Shown here piece by piece: positions 8,616 through 18,947 of a DNA stretch of 32,000 nucleotides. The notes beneath the pieces were generated by a model, which was not told the DNA's origin, made no database searches, and saw only the letters and a program-made list of their open reading frames with translations. Made by a program: the position numbers and the translations under genes. The stretch comes from Pseudoalteromonas translucida KMM 520 (GTDB lineage Bacteria > Pseudomonadota > Gammaproteobacteria > Enterobacterales > Alteromonadaceae): positions 1,770,001 to 1,802,000 of the forward strand of contig NZ_CP011034.1 of the NCBI RefSeq assembly GCF_001465295.1, written 5' to 3'. Every line of letters starts with the position of its first letter. The first letter of the stretch is position 1.

Positions 8616-11120
8616 TTACAGAGTTTCTTTAAACAGTTTATAAATACGGCGGTATTCATCTAACCAGCTCGATGGCTGCACAAAACCGTGCGGCTCTACC
8701 GGAAAAATAGCCGTTTCAAAGTTTTCTTTTTCAAGCTCAATTAAACGCTGTACTAATCTAACCGTATCTTGAAAAAACACGTTGTCGTCAACCATAGGCG
8801 CATTAATTAATAAGCGTTTGTTTAAACCCTCAGCATAGTAAATAGGCGAACTGCGCTCATACGCAATTGGATCAACATCCGGATGGTTTAATATATTTGC
8901 TGTGTACGGCGCATTATAATGAGCCCAATCGGTAACGGGGCGAAGTGCAGCACCCGCTTGAAACAATTCGGGCGCGGTAAATAACGCCATAAAGGTCATA
9001 AAGCCGCCATAAGAGCCACCATACGTGCCTACAGCTTGCGTATTTACGTTGGCATTTTCTGCCATCCATTTAACCCCATCAGCTAAATCTTGGGTTTCGG
9101 GGGTACCCATTTGACGATAAATTGCCGTACGCCAATCACGTCCATAGCCTTTAGATGCGCGGTAATCCATATCCATTACTACATAGCCTTCGTCAGCTAA
9201 TAACGAATGAAACATAAACTCACGAAAATACCCAGACCAGCCCAAGTGCGAGTTTTGTAAATAACCTGCGCCGTGGTTAAAAATAACCGCTTTACGATTT
9301 TTACCCACTTCGCCCTCTACATAATCAGCCGGATAGTACACTTTTGCGTAAATAGGTTGATCAGTATAGCTAGATGGCACTGCAATTATTTTAGGGGCTG
9401 TTAGCTTTTTAGCTAAAAACTCATCCGAAACCGTATGTGTTAACCGGGTAACCTGTGTATTTGCTTTTGCATCAGCAACATACAATTCAGTTGGTAACAT
9501 AATTGTTGAGTGCTTTAACAACAGCTTGGTTTGATCAGGGCTAAGTGTATAGTCGGTCATACCGTTTAGGTCGGTTACTTGCTCATTTTTACCGGTTTGT
9601 GGATTTACACGGTAAATTTCGTATAGGCCTGGGTGTTCAACGTTAGCTTTATAGTAAATAGCACTGTTATCGTCGGTAAGCGTAAGGTTTGATACTTCAA
9701 ACTTACCTGTTGTTAGCGCTGTTGCTTTACCATTTAACGGCTTTTTATAAAGCTGGCTGTAACCCGACTGCTCCGATAAATAATATAAAGTGTTAGAGTT
9801 GTGTAGCCAGCCAAAATCGTTAAAAGCATAGGCTATCCAAGCGTCGTCATGTAAACGATGTTGCGACACTAACTTATTATTTTTAAAATCGACGGTTGCT
9901 AACCAGCGATCTTTGTTATCCCACGCTTCTAGCATTATTGCTACGTTTGAACCGTCGTCATTCCAAATTATTGGGCTTTGATCCCAGCCCCAATCGCTAA
10001 TTAAATTTATACCACGCGGCGCTTTTTTCGACTTATACGTTTTACCATCGCGGGCATAGTTTTCTTTTTTAACCGCTGCTAATACGTCTTCATCAAAGCC
10101 AGGTAGGGTATCAAAGGCTAAGATATTTTGGCTTTTGTCGTTTAAATTAATGTATACCAGCTCTGAGGTTTGCGACTTTTCGTCAGCTACTCGGCGGCGT
10201 GCTTTTTTAGGTTCAATACGGGCATCATCGGTAATATAATTTGGCATTATATCGCTATCATCGCGCCAATCTCTATGCTCTTGCACTACCACTAATAAAG
10301 CATCGCCATTTGGCGATAACTGCACGTCTTTTACAGTATTACCTTTACCTAAATAAAACTCAGTATTAGCAATTGAGCTATTTTGTTGTTTAAGCTGTGC
10401 TTTGCGTGCTTGTTTATCTTTATTGTTTTTATGCGTTAGCGCTATGTAATCAATAAGTTTGTGCTGCTCTTTAGCAATATAACTGCTTGGCTCTGTAACG
10501 CCCTGGGGCTTATCTGCCAGTTTTAAATTAGCAATTTCAGTGGTTAAGCCTGAGCTTAAGTCAACTTTAAAAAATGTATTACCTTGACGATAAGCTAAGC
10601 TGCCATCATTTAAAAATTGTGGTTTAGATTCAGTGCTAGAGGTATGCGTTATTTGTTGAATTGCACCTGTTGTAACGCTTTTTACAAATATATTGCCTTC
10701 AAACACATAGGCTTGCAGTGCTTTGTTTTTTGAATAAACAGCTTTATTTGCACCCACAGTGTGTAGTTTATTAAGTGCTATTTGCTCTGCGCTTTGGCTT
10801 GTAATTGATTGGCTAAATAAATTACGTAACTCATTACCTTGCTCTTTACGTGCATAAATAATGGTAGCAGAATCACTGGCCCAAAATGCGCGCTCGGGTT
10901 GACGCCCAAGCCAATCGGGATGAGCCATAGCTTGCTCTAACGTTATTTTAGTAGAGCCCATATTGGCGGGGGTATTTACAACAGCAGCAACAGGAGACGT
11001 TGTTACATTATTTTGCGCAGCTGACGAAGATGATGCAGTTGCTTGACACCCTGCTAAAAAAACACTTGAGGCAACAGCCAGTGCTATTAATGTTTTAGAC
11101 GATGAGATATTAAAAATCAT
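8616..11120 (-). CDS. S9 family serine peptidase (DPP-IV/prolyl oligopeptidase type), lipoprotein
   Basis: 834 aa. Lipobox LAGC at the N-terminus, a beta-propeller-like middle region, and a C-terminal alpha/beta-hydrolase with nucleophile elbow GGSYGG. Confidence 0.9.
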   Translation of the reverse strand: MIFNISSSKTLIALAVASSVFLAGCQATASSSSAAQNNVTTSPVAAVVNTPANMGSTKITLEQAMAHPDWLGRQPERAFWASDSATIIYARKEQGNELRNLFSQSITSQSAEQIALNKLHTVGANKAVYSKNKALQAYVFEGNIFVKSVTTGAIQQITHTSSTESKPQFLNDGSLAYRQGNTFFKVDLSSGLTTEIANLKLADKPQGVTEPSSYIAKEQHKLIDYIALTHKNNKDKQARKAQLKQQNSSIANTEFYLGKGNTVKDVQLSPNGDALLVVVQEHRDWRDDSDIMPNYITDDARIEPKKARRRVADEKSQTSELVYINLNDKSQNILAFDTLPGFDEDVLAAVKKENYARDGKTYKSKKAPRGINLISDWGWDQSPIIWNDDGSNVAIMLEAWDNKDRWLATVDFKNNKLVSQHRLHDDAWIAYAFNDFGWLHNSNTLYYLSEQSGYSQLYKKPLNGKATALTTGKFEVSNLTLTDDNSAIYYKANVEHPGLYEIYRVNPQTGKNEQVTDLNGMTDYTLSPDQTKLLLKHSTIMLPTELYVADAKANTQVTRLTHTVSDEFLAKKLTAPKIIAVPSSYTDQPIYAKVYYPADYVEGEVGKNRKAVIFNHGAGYLQNSHLGWSGYFREFMFHSLLADEGYVVMDMDYRASKGYGRDWRTAIYRQMGTPETQDLADGVKWMAENANVNTQAVGTYGGSYGGFMTFMALFTAPELFQAGAALRPVTDWAHYNAPYTANILNHPDVDPIAYERSSPIYYAEGLNKRLLINAPMVDDNVFFQDTVRLVQRLIELEKENFETAIFPVEPHGFVQPSSWLDEYRRIYKLFKETL

Positions 11121-11222
11121 AGTGCTTCTTAACGGTAATTATAATTAAGCCGTATTTAAGCAGAAGCACTTTAGTGATTGCAATTTTTTAAGACAAACGC
11201 CTGTGTAACTGAGTTAGCTTGC

Positions 11223-12398
11223 TTATTCTAAGCGTAAATCTAGCCAAACTAGTCGATGATCACTCGACGCATTTCTGTCTTTAATTAAGCGGTATAGCTC
11301 GCTATTTTTAGTTGGCCAAAATACCCCGCCATCAATAATGTTTAACCCATAATGCGATGGTAAAACATAGTCAACCCTGGCTTGCCAACTTGCACTGTAA
11401 TTTTTAGCATGGCTGTGCTGTGGGTATTGCTCTTTTGCGCCAGCACTTTGCGGTATAAAACTGGCGTTTATAAGCGGATGCTTAAGTAGCTGATCTGTGG
11501 TTATAGTTCGCTGTTTATCACCCTCTGGGGCGGCATTTAAGTCACCCAAAATAACAAACCGAGACTGAGCATTTAAACCGCCTTTTTTATCTTTATGATC
11601 ATAAATATAGTCGGCATTATTTATATAGTCAGCAACTAGCCTTACTTCATCATGGTTACGTTTGCCGTTTCTATCCTCTAAGCCATCAAAAACCGGTGGG
11701 GTTGGGTGCGATGCAAGTATATGTACCGTTTTATTATTAACCGATATAGGTAAGTCCCAAAAAGATTTTGAACTTAAACGAATGTTTTGCCATTCTTGCT
11801 CGTTATACCAGTTTTTGCCTGTGGTTGGATCGATAGGCATTTGCGCATTGGGCATATCTTTATATTTAAATGTTTGCAGCGTTCTTACTTTATCAAAATC
11901 GATTGGATAACGAGATAAAACGGCCATACCGTAATGCCCTTCAAAAAAACCAAAACCGTGAGCGTCGCCCATTTTTCCTGTTTTTTTACCATCGTTATCT
12001 AAATCAAACTCAGTGGCTAAACCGGTATTAACCGGTGCAATATAAAAATAAGGGTAGTCTATTGCCGCTTGATTATTTTGGCTCACGTTTAAATAATGGC
12101 TTTTAAAGTACGCTATGCCCTGCTCTTTTGGTACATAGTCAAACTCGTTTAATAGTATTATATCGGGGCGAACGCGTTGAATTATTTCGGCAATATTTTT
12201 AATTTGTGAATGGTCTGCTTTAAGCGCGCTAACCAAAGAATCGCTTTTTACAGGCGTTTTTCTCGGCGTATAGTTAGTTGCATCCATACTTACATTAAAG
12301 GTGGCAACACGCAGTTGTTGAGCCGCTGCAGCGTAGTTGCTTAACAGTAAACAAAACAGCGCACTACCCAAAGTAATACTACTTAAATTACCTTTCAT
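11223..12398 (-). CDS. Secreted endonuclease/exonuclease/phosphatase (EEP) family protein
   Basis: 391 aa with a signal peptide. EEP motifs: VATFNV, LNEFD, GDLN, SDHRLVW at the C-terminus. Confidence 0.85.
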   Translation of the reverse strand: MKGNLSSITLGSALFCLLLSNYAAAAQQLRVATFNVSMDATNYTPRKTPVKSDSLVSALKADHSQIKNIAEIIQRVRPDIILLNEFDYVPKEQGIAYFKSHYLNVSQNNQAAIDYPYFYIAPVNTGLATEFDLDNDGKKTGKMGDAHGFGFFEGHYGMAVLSRYPIDFDKVRTLQTFKYKDMPNAQMPIDPTTGKNWYNEQEWQNIRLSSKSFWDLPISVNNKTVHILASHPTPPVFDGLEDRNGKRNHDEVRLVADYINNADYIYDHKDKKGGLNAQSRFVILGDLNAAPEGDKQRTITTDQLLKHPLINASFIPQSAGAKEQYPQHSHAKNYSASWQARVDYVLPSHYGLNIIDGGVFWPTKNSELYRLIKDRNASSDHRLVWLDLRLE

Positions 12399-13324
12399 TA
12401 TATCAACCCATCTAAAATTAATAATAAAATAACACTACTTACCACTATCCATAATAAAATTGCCATTATAAAGGGCTTAAGTCCGGCTTGTTTTAGCACC
12501 GCTAATGATAAGCCACTACCAATTAAAAACAATGTAACTATAAGTAATTGTTTAGCAACTATATTAATAACGCTCCATACAGGTGCAAACTGTGGTAAAT
12601 AAGTATTAATAAGTGCGGCGAGTACAAAGCCAACAATAAATAATGGAATACTGGCTTTTTCATCTGAGCGTAAAAACACCCCAGCAAGCGCAGTATAAGG
12701 AATGATCCACATAGCGCGGGTTAATTTTACTGTGGTGGCAATGCTCAGTGCCACAGCGCCATAAGTAGCAGATGCACCAACAACACTGCTGGTATCGTGA
12801 ATAGCTAAAGCAGCCCACATGCCAAATTGCTGCTCGGTTAAATTAAAATAATGGCCAATGGCCGGAAACAAGAGTAAGCCCACGCCATTGAGCATAAATA
12901 CTACGCCAAGTGCCACAGCCACTTCATGATCTTTTGCTTTAATTACCGGTGCCATAGCTGCAATAGCACTGCCTCCGCAAATAGCGGTACCAAAGGAGAT
13001 TAATACGCCGGTATTTCGGTTAAGTTTAAACACCTGGGTAAGTATTTCACCTAAGCCAATTATCGCAGTAATACTCACAATAGTGAGCACTAAAGAGCTG
13101 CTTCCCACTTCAATTACCTGATTAAAGTCAACGGCGAAACCAAGCCCAACCACCGCTGCTTTTAACATCCACTTACTGGCTTTTTGCGAAAGCTCGGCAA
13201 ACGGATTGCCTAATGTCATAGCAAAAGCAGCGCCTATTACCAGTGCACTGCCAGCACCAATAAAAGGAGTGATACACAAGGCTAAAAGAATTAAAAACAA
13301 TGGCTTTTTGAGTGTTAATGGCAT
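12398..13324 (-). CDS. YeiH/UPF0324 family putative sulfate-exporter-type membrane protein
   Basis: 308 aa with about 9-10 TM segments and family-like glycine-rich helices. Its stop overlaps the EEP start (TAATG). Confidence 0.75.
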   Translation of the reverse strand: MPLTLKKPLFLILLALCITPFIGAGSALVIGAAFAMTLGNPFAELSQKASKWMLKAAVVGLGFAVDFNQVIEVGSSSLVLTIVSITAIIGLGEILTQVFKLNRNTGVLISFGTAICGGSAIAAMAPVIKAKDHEVAVALGVVFMLNGVGLLLFPAIGHYFNLTEQQFGMWAALAIHDTSSVVGASATYGAVALSIATTVKLTRAMWIIPYTALAGVFLRSDEKASIPLFIVGFVLAALINTYLPQFAPVWSVINIVAKQLLIVTLFLIGSGLSLAVLKQAGLKPFIMAILLWIVVSSVILLLILDGLI

Positions 13325-13328
13325 GGTA

Positions 13329-13553
13329 TTACGCTCGAATTATTTTATCAGTTAATTTGTGTACTAAAGGTGCAACCAGAATAACGGTAGGAAATGCGAT
13401 AGAAAATGCAAATATCCATGCTTTAAGCCATACCGTTATAATATTATCGACCATTCCCACATTAAATAATGAGATCACAAAAGACATAAAGCCCGACATT
13501 AATAGCGCCATTAAAAATGCAAACACAACATTACGGTATTTATGATTAAACAT
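13329..13553 (-). CDS. DUF2798 domain-containing small membrane protein
   Basis: I chose the internal ATG at 13553 (MFNHKYRNVVFAFLMALLMSGFMSF...). The longer track ORF (to 13673) would overlap purK by 64 nt. Two TM helices are typical of DUF2798. Confidence 0.6.
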   Translation of the reverse strand: MFNHKYRNVVFAFLMALLMSGFMSFVISLFNVGMVDNIITVWLKAWIFAFSIAFPTVILVAPLVHKLTDKIIRA

Positions 13554-13609
13554 AGATGTAGCCTTGGTGTTAAGCAATAAATTGAGAACCCCCAATTTAT
13601 TGCTTATTT

Positions 13610-14758
13610 TTAGTTGAGTATCAAAGATGTACTCGTGGCTAAAATACCTGGGTAGGCTTGTTCTGGTAAACACTCGCTAAGTTCAGCTAAGCGTTCACCT
13701 AATTGATGTAGACTTTGGGCAGAGACATTAATATGCCCCATTTTACGCCCTAGTTTTACTGTTTTACCGTACCAATGACTAGTTACATCAGTCACTTCTA
13801 AAACAGCAGTAGGAATACTGGCTTGGCCAAGCACATTTATCATTGCTGTGGCATGTTTAAGCTCAGTATTACCCAAAGGCAGCCCTGCAACCGCACGCAT
13901 ATGGTTTTCAAACTGCGAACAATGGCAACCTTGCTGTGTCCAGTGCCCAGAGTTATGAACACGCGGGGCAATTTCGTTTACCAGTAAAGTGCCTTTAACG
14001 TCAAAAAACTCAATTGCCAACACACCTACATAATTAAGCTCGTTCGCTAATTTAGTAAAAGCATCAATAGCTTGCTGCTCTACATGGCTATTATTTAAAC
14101 CCGCTACCGACAGGGTTAATACACCATTGGTGTGCTGGTTTTCGGTTAACGGATAAATTGCAACATTACCGTGTTTATCGCGTGCACCAATAATAGATAC
14201 TTCACGATCGAACGGGATCATTTTTTCAGCAATAATAGTATGGGGAGCAAGCTCTGTGCCCGAGGCAATAAAATCAGACATTTGAGCCCAAATTTCATCA
14301 ATTTGATCATCAGACTTTAATCGCCATTGGCCTTTACCATCGTACCCTGCTTGGCAGGTTTTAATAACCAAGGGTTTACCTAGGTTTTTAACCGCAAGTT
14401 CAAGGTGCGCTTTTTCAGTAATAAGTTGATACGGTGCACACGCTACAGCTGTTTTATCTAATAGCGCTTTTTCGATTTGGCGATCGCCACCGGTTTTAAT
14501 AGCCGATTTACCCGGATAAAACTTATTGCTATTACAACAAAGTGTTAATACATCGTCGGGGATATGCTCAAATTCCGCAGTAATTGCATCTGCGCTTGCT
14601 ATGGCCTGCTCTAGTGTTGTTGAGTAAACTTCGCCTGTGAGTGGGTGCACAATTTTTTGGCTGCCTACATCGTACGCAACCACGTTTAAATTAAGTGGTG
14701 CGCCAGCAAGGCACATCATGCGTGCTAATTGCCCTGCACCTAAAATTAAAATAGTCAT
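13610..14758 (-). CDS. purK: 5-(carboxyamino)imidazole ribonucleotide synthase
   Basis: 382 aa. ATP-grasp protein with N-terminal ILGAGQLARM. Collinear with PurK and sits immediately downstream of purE. Confidence 0.95.
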   Translation of the reverse strand: MTILILGAGQLARMMCLAGAPLNLNVVAYDVGSQKIVHPLTGEVYSTTLEQAIASADAITAEFEHIPDDVLTLCCNSNKFYPGKSAIKTGGDRQIEKALLDKTAVACAPYQLITEKAHLELAVKNLGKPLVIKTCQAGYDGKGQWRLKSDDQIDEIWAQMSDFIASGTELAPHTIIAEKMIPFDREVSIIGARDKHGNVAIYPLTENQHTNGVLTLSVAGLNNSHVEQQAIDAFTKLANELNYVGVLAIEFFDVKGTLLVNEIAPRVHNSGHWTQQGCHCSQFENHMRAVAGLPLGNTELKHATAMINVLGQASIPTAVLEVTDVTSHWYGKTVKLGRKMGHINVSAQSLHQLGERLAELSECLPEQAYPGILATSTSLILN

Positions 14759-14760
14759 TA

Positions 14761-15243
14761 TTACTCTGCAGGATTAGGGTTAGCTAAAATAGTGTCGGTT
14801 TGTTCTTTACGAAACGCTTCAATTTTTGCGAATATTTCGGGGTTTTGGCACCCTAAAATTTGCGCTGCAAGTAAACCTGCATTAGCTGCGCCAGGCTCGC
14901 CAATAGCTAATGTACCTACCGCAACACCTTTAGGCATTTGGCAAATAGAAAGTAGCGAATCAATACCATTGAGTGCTTTTGATTTAACCGGCACACCAAG
15001 TACTGGTAATGAGGTAAATGCAGCTGCCATACCCGGTAAATGGGCCGCGCCGCCTGCGCCTGCAATAATAACTTTAATACCACGGTCGCTTGCTGAGCTT
15101 GCGTAATCTGCAAGTAGTTGAGGAGTTCGGTGGGCAGAAACTACTTTTGTTTCGTACTCTATGCCAAATTTTTCTAGCATGAGCGCCGCGTGTTCCATGG
15201 TTGGCCAATCTGATTTAGAACCCATAATAATGCCAACTTTCAT
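14761..15243 (-). CDS. purE: 5-(carboxyamino)imidazole ribonucleotide mutase
   Basis: 160 aa. Motifs: [25 protein letters not shown]. Confidence 0.95.
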   Translation of the reverse strand: MKVGIIMGSKSDWPTMEHAALMLEKFGIEYETKVVSAHRTPQLLADYASSASDRGIKVIIAGAGGAAHLPGMAAAFTSLPVLGVPVKSKALNGIDSLLSICQMPKGVAVGTLAIGEPGAANAGLLAAQILGCQNPEIFAKIEAFRKEQTDTILANPNPAE

Positions 15244-15274
15244 AAATACTCCTCAGTAATATACTATTTTAACT

Positions 15275-15292
15275 AGCGGACTTATGTCCGCT
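15275..15292. promoter_or_regulatory. 7-4-7 GC-rich palindrome AGCGGAC-ttat-GTCCGCT in the purE leader
   Basis: Lies 32 nt upstream of the purE start. It does not resemble the E. coli PurR box, so its function is unknown. Confidence 0.25.
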
Positions 15293-15343
15293 TTTATGGC
15301 GGGTATTATACCCAAAAGTCATTAAATTGCGACTAACAAAAAC

Positions 15344-15372
15344 AAAAAAAGCCATGTTAAACATGGCTTTTT
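15344..15372 (-). terminator. Rho-independent terminator downstream of ybiT
   Basis: AAAGCCATG-ttaaa-CATGGCTTT hairpin flanked by A and T runs. Confidence 0.75.
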
Positions 15373-15394
15373 AAAGTTAGCAATAAAACGCTAT

Positions 15395-17008
15395 TTACGC
15401 TTCTTTACTTGCTAGGTACTCAGCGTAGGTACCTCTAAAGTCAATAACCTTACCATCTTTAACTTCCCAGATACGCGTAGCAACCGATGATACAAATTGG
15501 CGATCGTGAGATACAAACAATAAAGTACCTTCGTAGGCTTCAAGTGCTAAGTTAAGTGCTTCAATAGATTCCATATCCATGTGGTTGGTTGGCTCATCCA
15601 TTAGTAATATATTTGGCTTATGCATCATAATTTTACCAAATAACATACGGCCTTGCTCACCACCCGATATTACTTTAACCGACTTTTTAATATCGTTTTG
15701 AGAGAACAACATACGGCCTAAAAAGCTACGTACGACTTGCTCGTCGTCGCCTTCTTGCTGCCATTGCTCCATCCACTCAAATAAGTTCATATCGGTGGCA
15801 AATTCATCTGCATGATCTTGCGCGTAATAACCAATATTGGCATTTTCAGACCATTTAAACTCACCCGATTTAGGCGCTAAGCGCCCTGCAAAGGTATTTA
15901 ACAGTGTTGTTTTACCTACACCGTTTTCGCCAATAATAGCAATACGTTCACCTACTTCTACTAAACCTTCTAGGCCAGAGAACAAAGTGTTGTCGCCAAA
16001 ACCTTGGCTAAGGTTAGTCATTTCTAACGCATTTCGGAATAATTGTTTTTCTTGATCGAAACGAATAAATGGCGTTTGACGTGATGACGCTTTAACTTCG
16101 TCTAACTGAATTTTGTCGATACGTTTAGCGCGCGACGTTGCTTGCTTAGCTTTTGACGCATTAGCAGAAAAACGCGATACAAACTGTTGTAGTTCAGCAA
16201 TTTGGTTTTTCTTTTTGGCGTTTTCGCTTAACAGACGTTCACGTGCTTGCGTTGCAGCAAACATGTATTCGTCGTAGTTACCTGAATAAATACGCAGCTC
16301 ACCGTAATCAATATCGGCCATGTGAGTACAAACCGAGTTTAAAAAGTGGCGGTCATGGGAAATAATTATCATGGTGCAATCGCGTTGGTTTAATACATCT
16401 TCTAACCACTTGATAGTATAAATATCCAAGTTATTAGTAGGTTCATCGAGTAGCATTATTTCAGGATCTGAAAACAGTACCTGTGCTAAAAGTACACGCA
16501 ATTTAAAACCTGGCGCAATTTCTGACATAGGGCCATAGTGTTGCTCAGTAGCAATACCTACACCTAATAACAACTCACCCGCTTTAGATTCTGCAGAGTA
16601 ACCGTCCATTTCGGCAAATTCAGTTTCCAAATCGGCTACTTTCATGCCATCCGCTTCGCTCATTTCAGCTAAAGAGTAAATACGGTCGCGTTCTTGTTTA
16701 ATTTCCCATAACTGCTTATGACCCATGATCACAGTATCAATTACAGAATACTCTTCGTACGCAAACTGGTCTTGGTTTAGTTTAGCAACGCGTTCATTTG
16801 GATCAGTGCTAACGTTACCCGAAGACGGCTCCAGCTCACCACTTAAAATTTTCATAAATGTTGATTTACCGCAACCATTAGCACCGATCAAACCGTAACG
16901 GTTGCCGTCGCCAAATTTTGCTGAGATGTTTTCAAATAATGGTTTAGCACCAAATTGCATGGTGATGTTAGCTGTACTAATAATAGCGCTACCCTCCAAG
17001 GGAGACAT
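15395..17008 (-). CDS. ybiT: ABC-F family ATPase (YbiT-like, two ABC domains)
   Basis: Two Walker A motifs ([18 protein letters not shown]), two signature motifs and two Walker B motifs. Collinear with E. coli YbiT as I recall it. The start is uncertain: ATG at 17008 is listed here, the homology-supported start is ATT at 16984, and the track uses TTG at 17083. Confidence 0.9.
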   Translation of the reverse strand: MSPLEGSAIISTANITMQFGAKPLFENISAKFGDGNRYGLIGANGCGKSTFMKILSGELEPSSGNVSTDPNERVAKLNQDQFAYEEYSVIDTVIMGHKQLWEIKQERDRIYSLAEMSEADGMKVADLETEFAEMDGYSAESKAGELLLGVGIATEQHYGPMSEIAPGFKLRVLLAQVLFSDPEIMLLDEPTNNLDIYTIKWLEDVLNQRDCTMIIISHDRHFLNSVCTHMADIDYGELRIYSGNYDEYMFAATQARERLLSENAKKKNQIAELQQFVSRFSANASKAKQATSRAKRIDKIQLDEVKASSRQTPFIRFDQEKQLFRNALEMTNLSQGFGDNTLFSGLEGLVEVGERIAIIGENGVGKTTLLNTFAGRLAPKSGEFKWSENANIGYYAQDHADEFATDMNLFEWMEQWQQEGDDEQVVRSFLGRMLFSQNDIKKSVKVISGGEQGRMLFGKIMMHKPNILLMDEPTNHMDMESIEALNLALEAYEGTLLFVSHDRQFVSSVATRIWEVKDGKVIDFRGTYAEYLASKEA

Positions 17009-17681
17009 GATGTATTTTAATTGCGCGCAGTTTAAACCAAATTCATCGTTTTTTCTATGAAAGTTTAAAGGCCAAATACGCAAATAAGCGCCTGCTTTAA
17101 TAACTATAATTAAGTTGTGAAATATTACTTAACGCACACGCTTACAAGGTGATTAAATAGCTGCACAATTAAACAAATTTTAATTATCAAAAGTTAACAC
17201 TTCCTTATATTTGTCTCCAAAATAACTGCAGTTAGCATTCGGCTGGTGTGTATTTCATTAATAATTATTTGCTGACTAAATTTTATTCGCCGCTGTTAAC
17301 ATCCGCGAAATTATTTAATACAACTGCTTAACCTGTTTGTTAGCTTGTTTGTCGCATTTAGTTTTTATTAAAAATATTTTTGTATATATTGATGATATAA
17401 AAGCCACTTAGAGCTTTTGCACTACCCTTCACTTTTTAGCCAACTTGAAAAAAACTCACCTTTATTTTTTTAATTTCTAATACCAAACAACTACTCAGCA
17501 ACTTAAAGCATTAAAAAAAGCAACACCACAAAAACAAAATTAACCCTAGGTGAATATTTACTATTTATTTTACTTATAGCGGGTGATTATTTTTCACTTT
17601 TGAGCATATTATTGCTTTGTTAGTCTTCAACCCCACAGATATACCCCAATAAAAAAGCATCAAATTTACACAAGGCAACAA

Positions 17682-18893
17682 ATGATAAATAACAAGTTAG
17701 CAACTCTACTAAGCATTAGTATTTTAGCGGCTCCAGCTGTATCGGCAGTAGAAGTTTATAAAGACGATAAAAATGCTGTCTCTATCGGTGGATATATTGA
17801 CGTTCGTGCGATCAATACCCAAAACCAAACTGAAATAGTAAATGGTGCCTCGCGTATTAACTTTGCTTTTAAACGCCAATTAAAAAATGATTGGGAAGCA
17901 CTGGCCTTAATTGAATGGGGTGTAAACCCTGTTGGTAACAGTGATATTGTTTACAATAACCGCTTTGAATCTATTCAAGATGAGTTTTTATATAACCGCT
18001 TAGGTTATGCCGGCTTATCGCATGATAAATATGGTCAAATTACCATTGGTAAACAATGGGGTTCGTGGTTCGATGTTGTTTACGCCACCAACTACAGTTA
18101 TGTGTGGGATGGTAATGCAGCAGGTGTTTACACATATAATAAAGACGATGGCGCAGTAAATGGTACTGGTCGCGGTGATAAAACACTGCAATACCGCAAT
18201 ACTTACAACGACTTTGAATTTAGCGTACAAACACAGCTAAAAAACAGTGAGTTTTACACTTGTGATGTAAGCAATATTACAGAAGCACAATGCCAAACTA
18301 AATGGGAAACTGGTGATGCGACAGCACAAAAAGTAGAGTTTAATTACACTTTTGGTGGTGCTGTAACTTATAACGTAACCGATATGCTTACGTTAACCGC
18401 TGGTATTAACCGCGGCGAGTTTGACTTACACTTTGGCGATGGCACAACTCGCTCAGTAGAAGATATAATTTATGGCGCTGGTATTATTTGGGGTAACATT
18501 AACGCCCCAGGTTTATACGCTGCAGCTAACATTAATAAAAACGAAAACCATGATACCGACAATCTGGGTCGCTTAATTAAAGAAGCCGTTGGTATAGAAA
18601 CATTTGTATCTTACCGTTTCGATAATGACTTTAGACCCTTTATTGCATACAACCTTTTTGATGCTGGCGACGATTACGTAATTCAACCTAACTTTAACGC
18701 CGACCCTAACGATGTATTTAAGCGTCAATTTGCCGTTATTGGTGTTCATTACTTACTTGACGACAATACCCAGCTTTACATAGAGGCACGTAAAGATTTT
18801 GGTGACTTTGAAAGTGCTAATAAAGAACAACAAGCACTTATGGAACAATCGGAAGATGATGGCATCGCAATTGGTTTTAGGTATACACTTTAA
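17682..18893 (+). CDS. Outer-membrane general porin (gram-negative porin family)
   Basis: 403 aa. Signal peptide ends AVSA-VEVYK. Alternating beta-strand pattern. C-terminal GFRYTL. Confidence 0.85.
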   Translation: MINNKLATLLSISILAAPAVSAVEVYKDDKNAVSIGGYIDVRAINTQNQTEIVNGASRINFAFKRQLKNDWEALALIEWGVNPVGNSDIVYNNRFESIQDEFLYNRLGYAGLSHDKYGQITIGKQWGSWFDVVYATNYSYVWDGNAAGVYTYNKDDGAVNGTGRGDKTLQYRNTYNDFEFSVQTQLKNSEFYTCDVSNITEAQCQTKWETGDATAQKVEFNYTFGGAVTYNVTDMLTLTAGINRGEFDLHFGDGTTRSVEDIIYGAGIIWGNINAPGLYAAANINKNENHDTDNLGRLIKEAVGIETFVSYRFDNDFRPFIAYNLFDAGDDYVIQPNFNADPNDVFKRQFAVIGVHYLLDDNTQLYIEARKDFGDFESANKEQQALMEQSEDDGIAIGFRYTL

Positions 18894-18911
18894 AACCTAA
18901 GTTAGTTTTAT

Positions 18912-18947
18912 AAAGGCCTGGTTATGAGTATAACGAGGCCTTTTTTA
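18912..18947 (+). terminator. Rho-independent terminator downstream of the porin gene
   Basis: AAAGGCCT ... AGGCCTTT hairpin followed by TTTTTT. Confidence 0.75.

Noticed and set aside
13554-13673. Longer start for the DUF2798 gene.
   Set aside because: It would overlap the 3' end of purK by 64 nt. The added 40 residues are not hydrophobic or family-like. The internal ATG begins right at the first TM helix.
16985-17083. Extended TTG start for ybiT ([15 protein letters not shown]...).
   Set aside because: As I recall the family, the extra 33 residues have no counterpart in YbiT-type proteins. There is no Shine-Dalgarno upstream of the TTG.
17084-17681. 600-bp AT-rich spacer upstream of the porin gene, considered as a possible sRNA or mobile-element site.
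   Set aside because: I found no terminator-like hairpins, repeats or ORFs. Long AT-rich regulatory regions are normal for porin genes.
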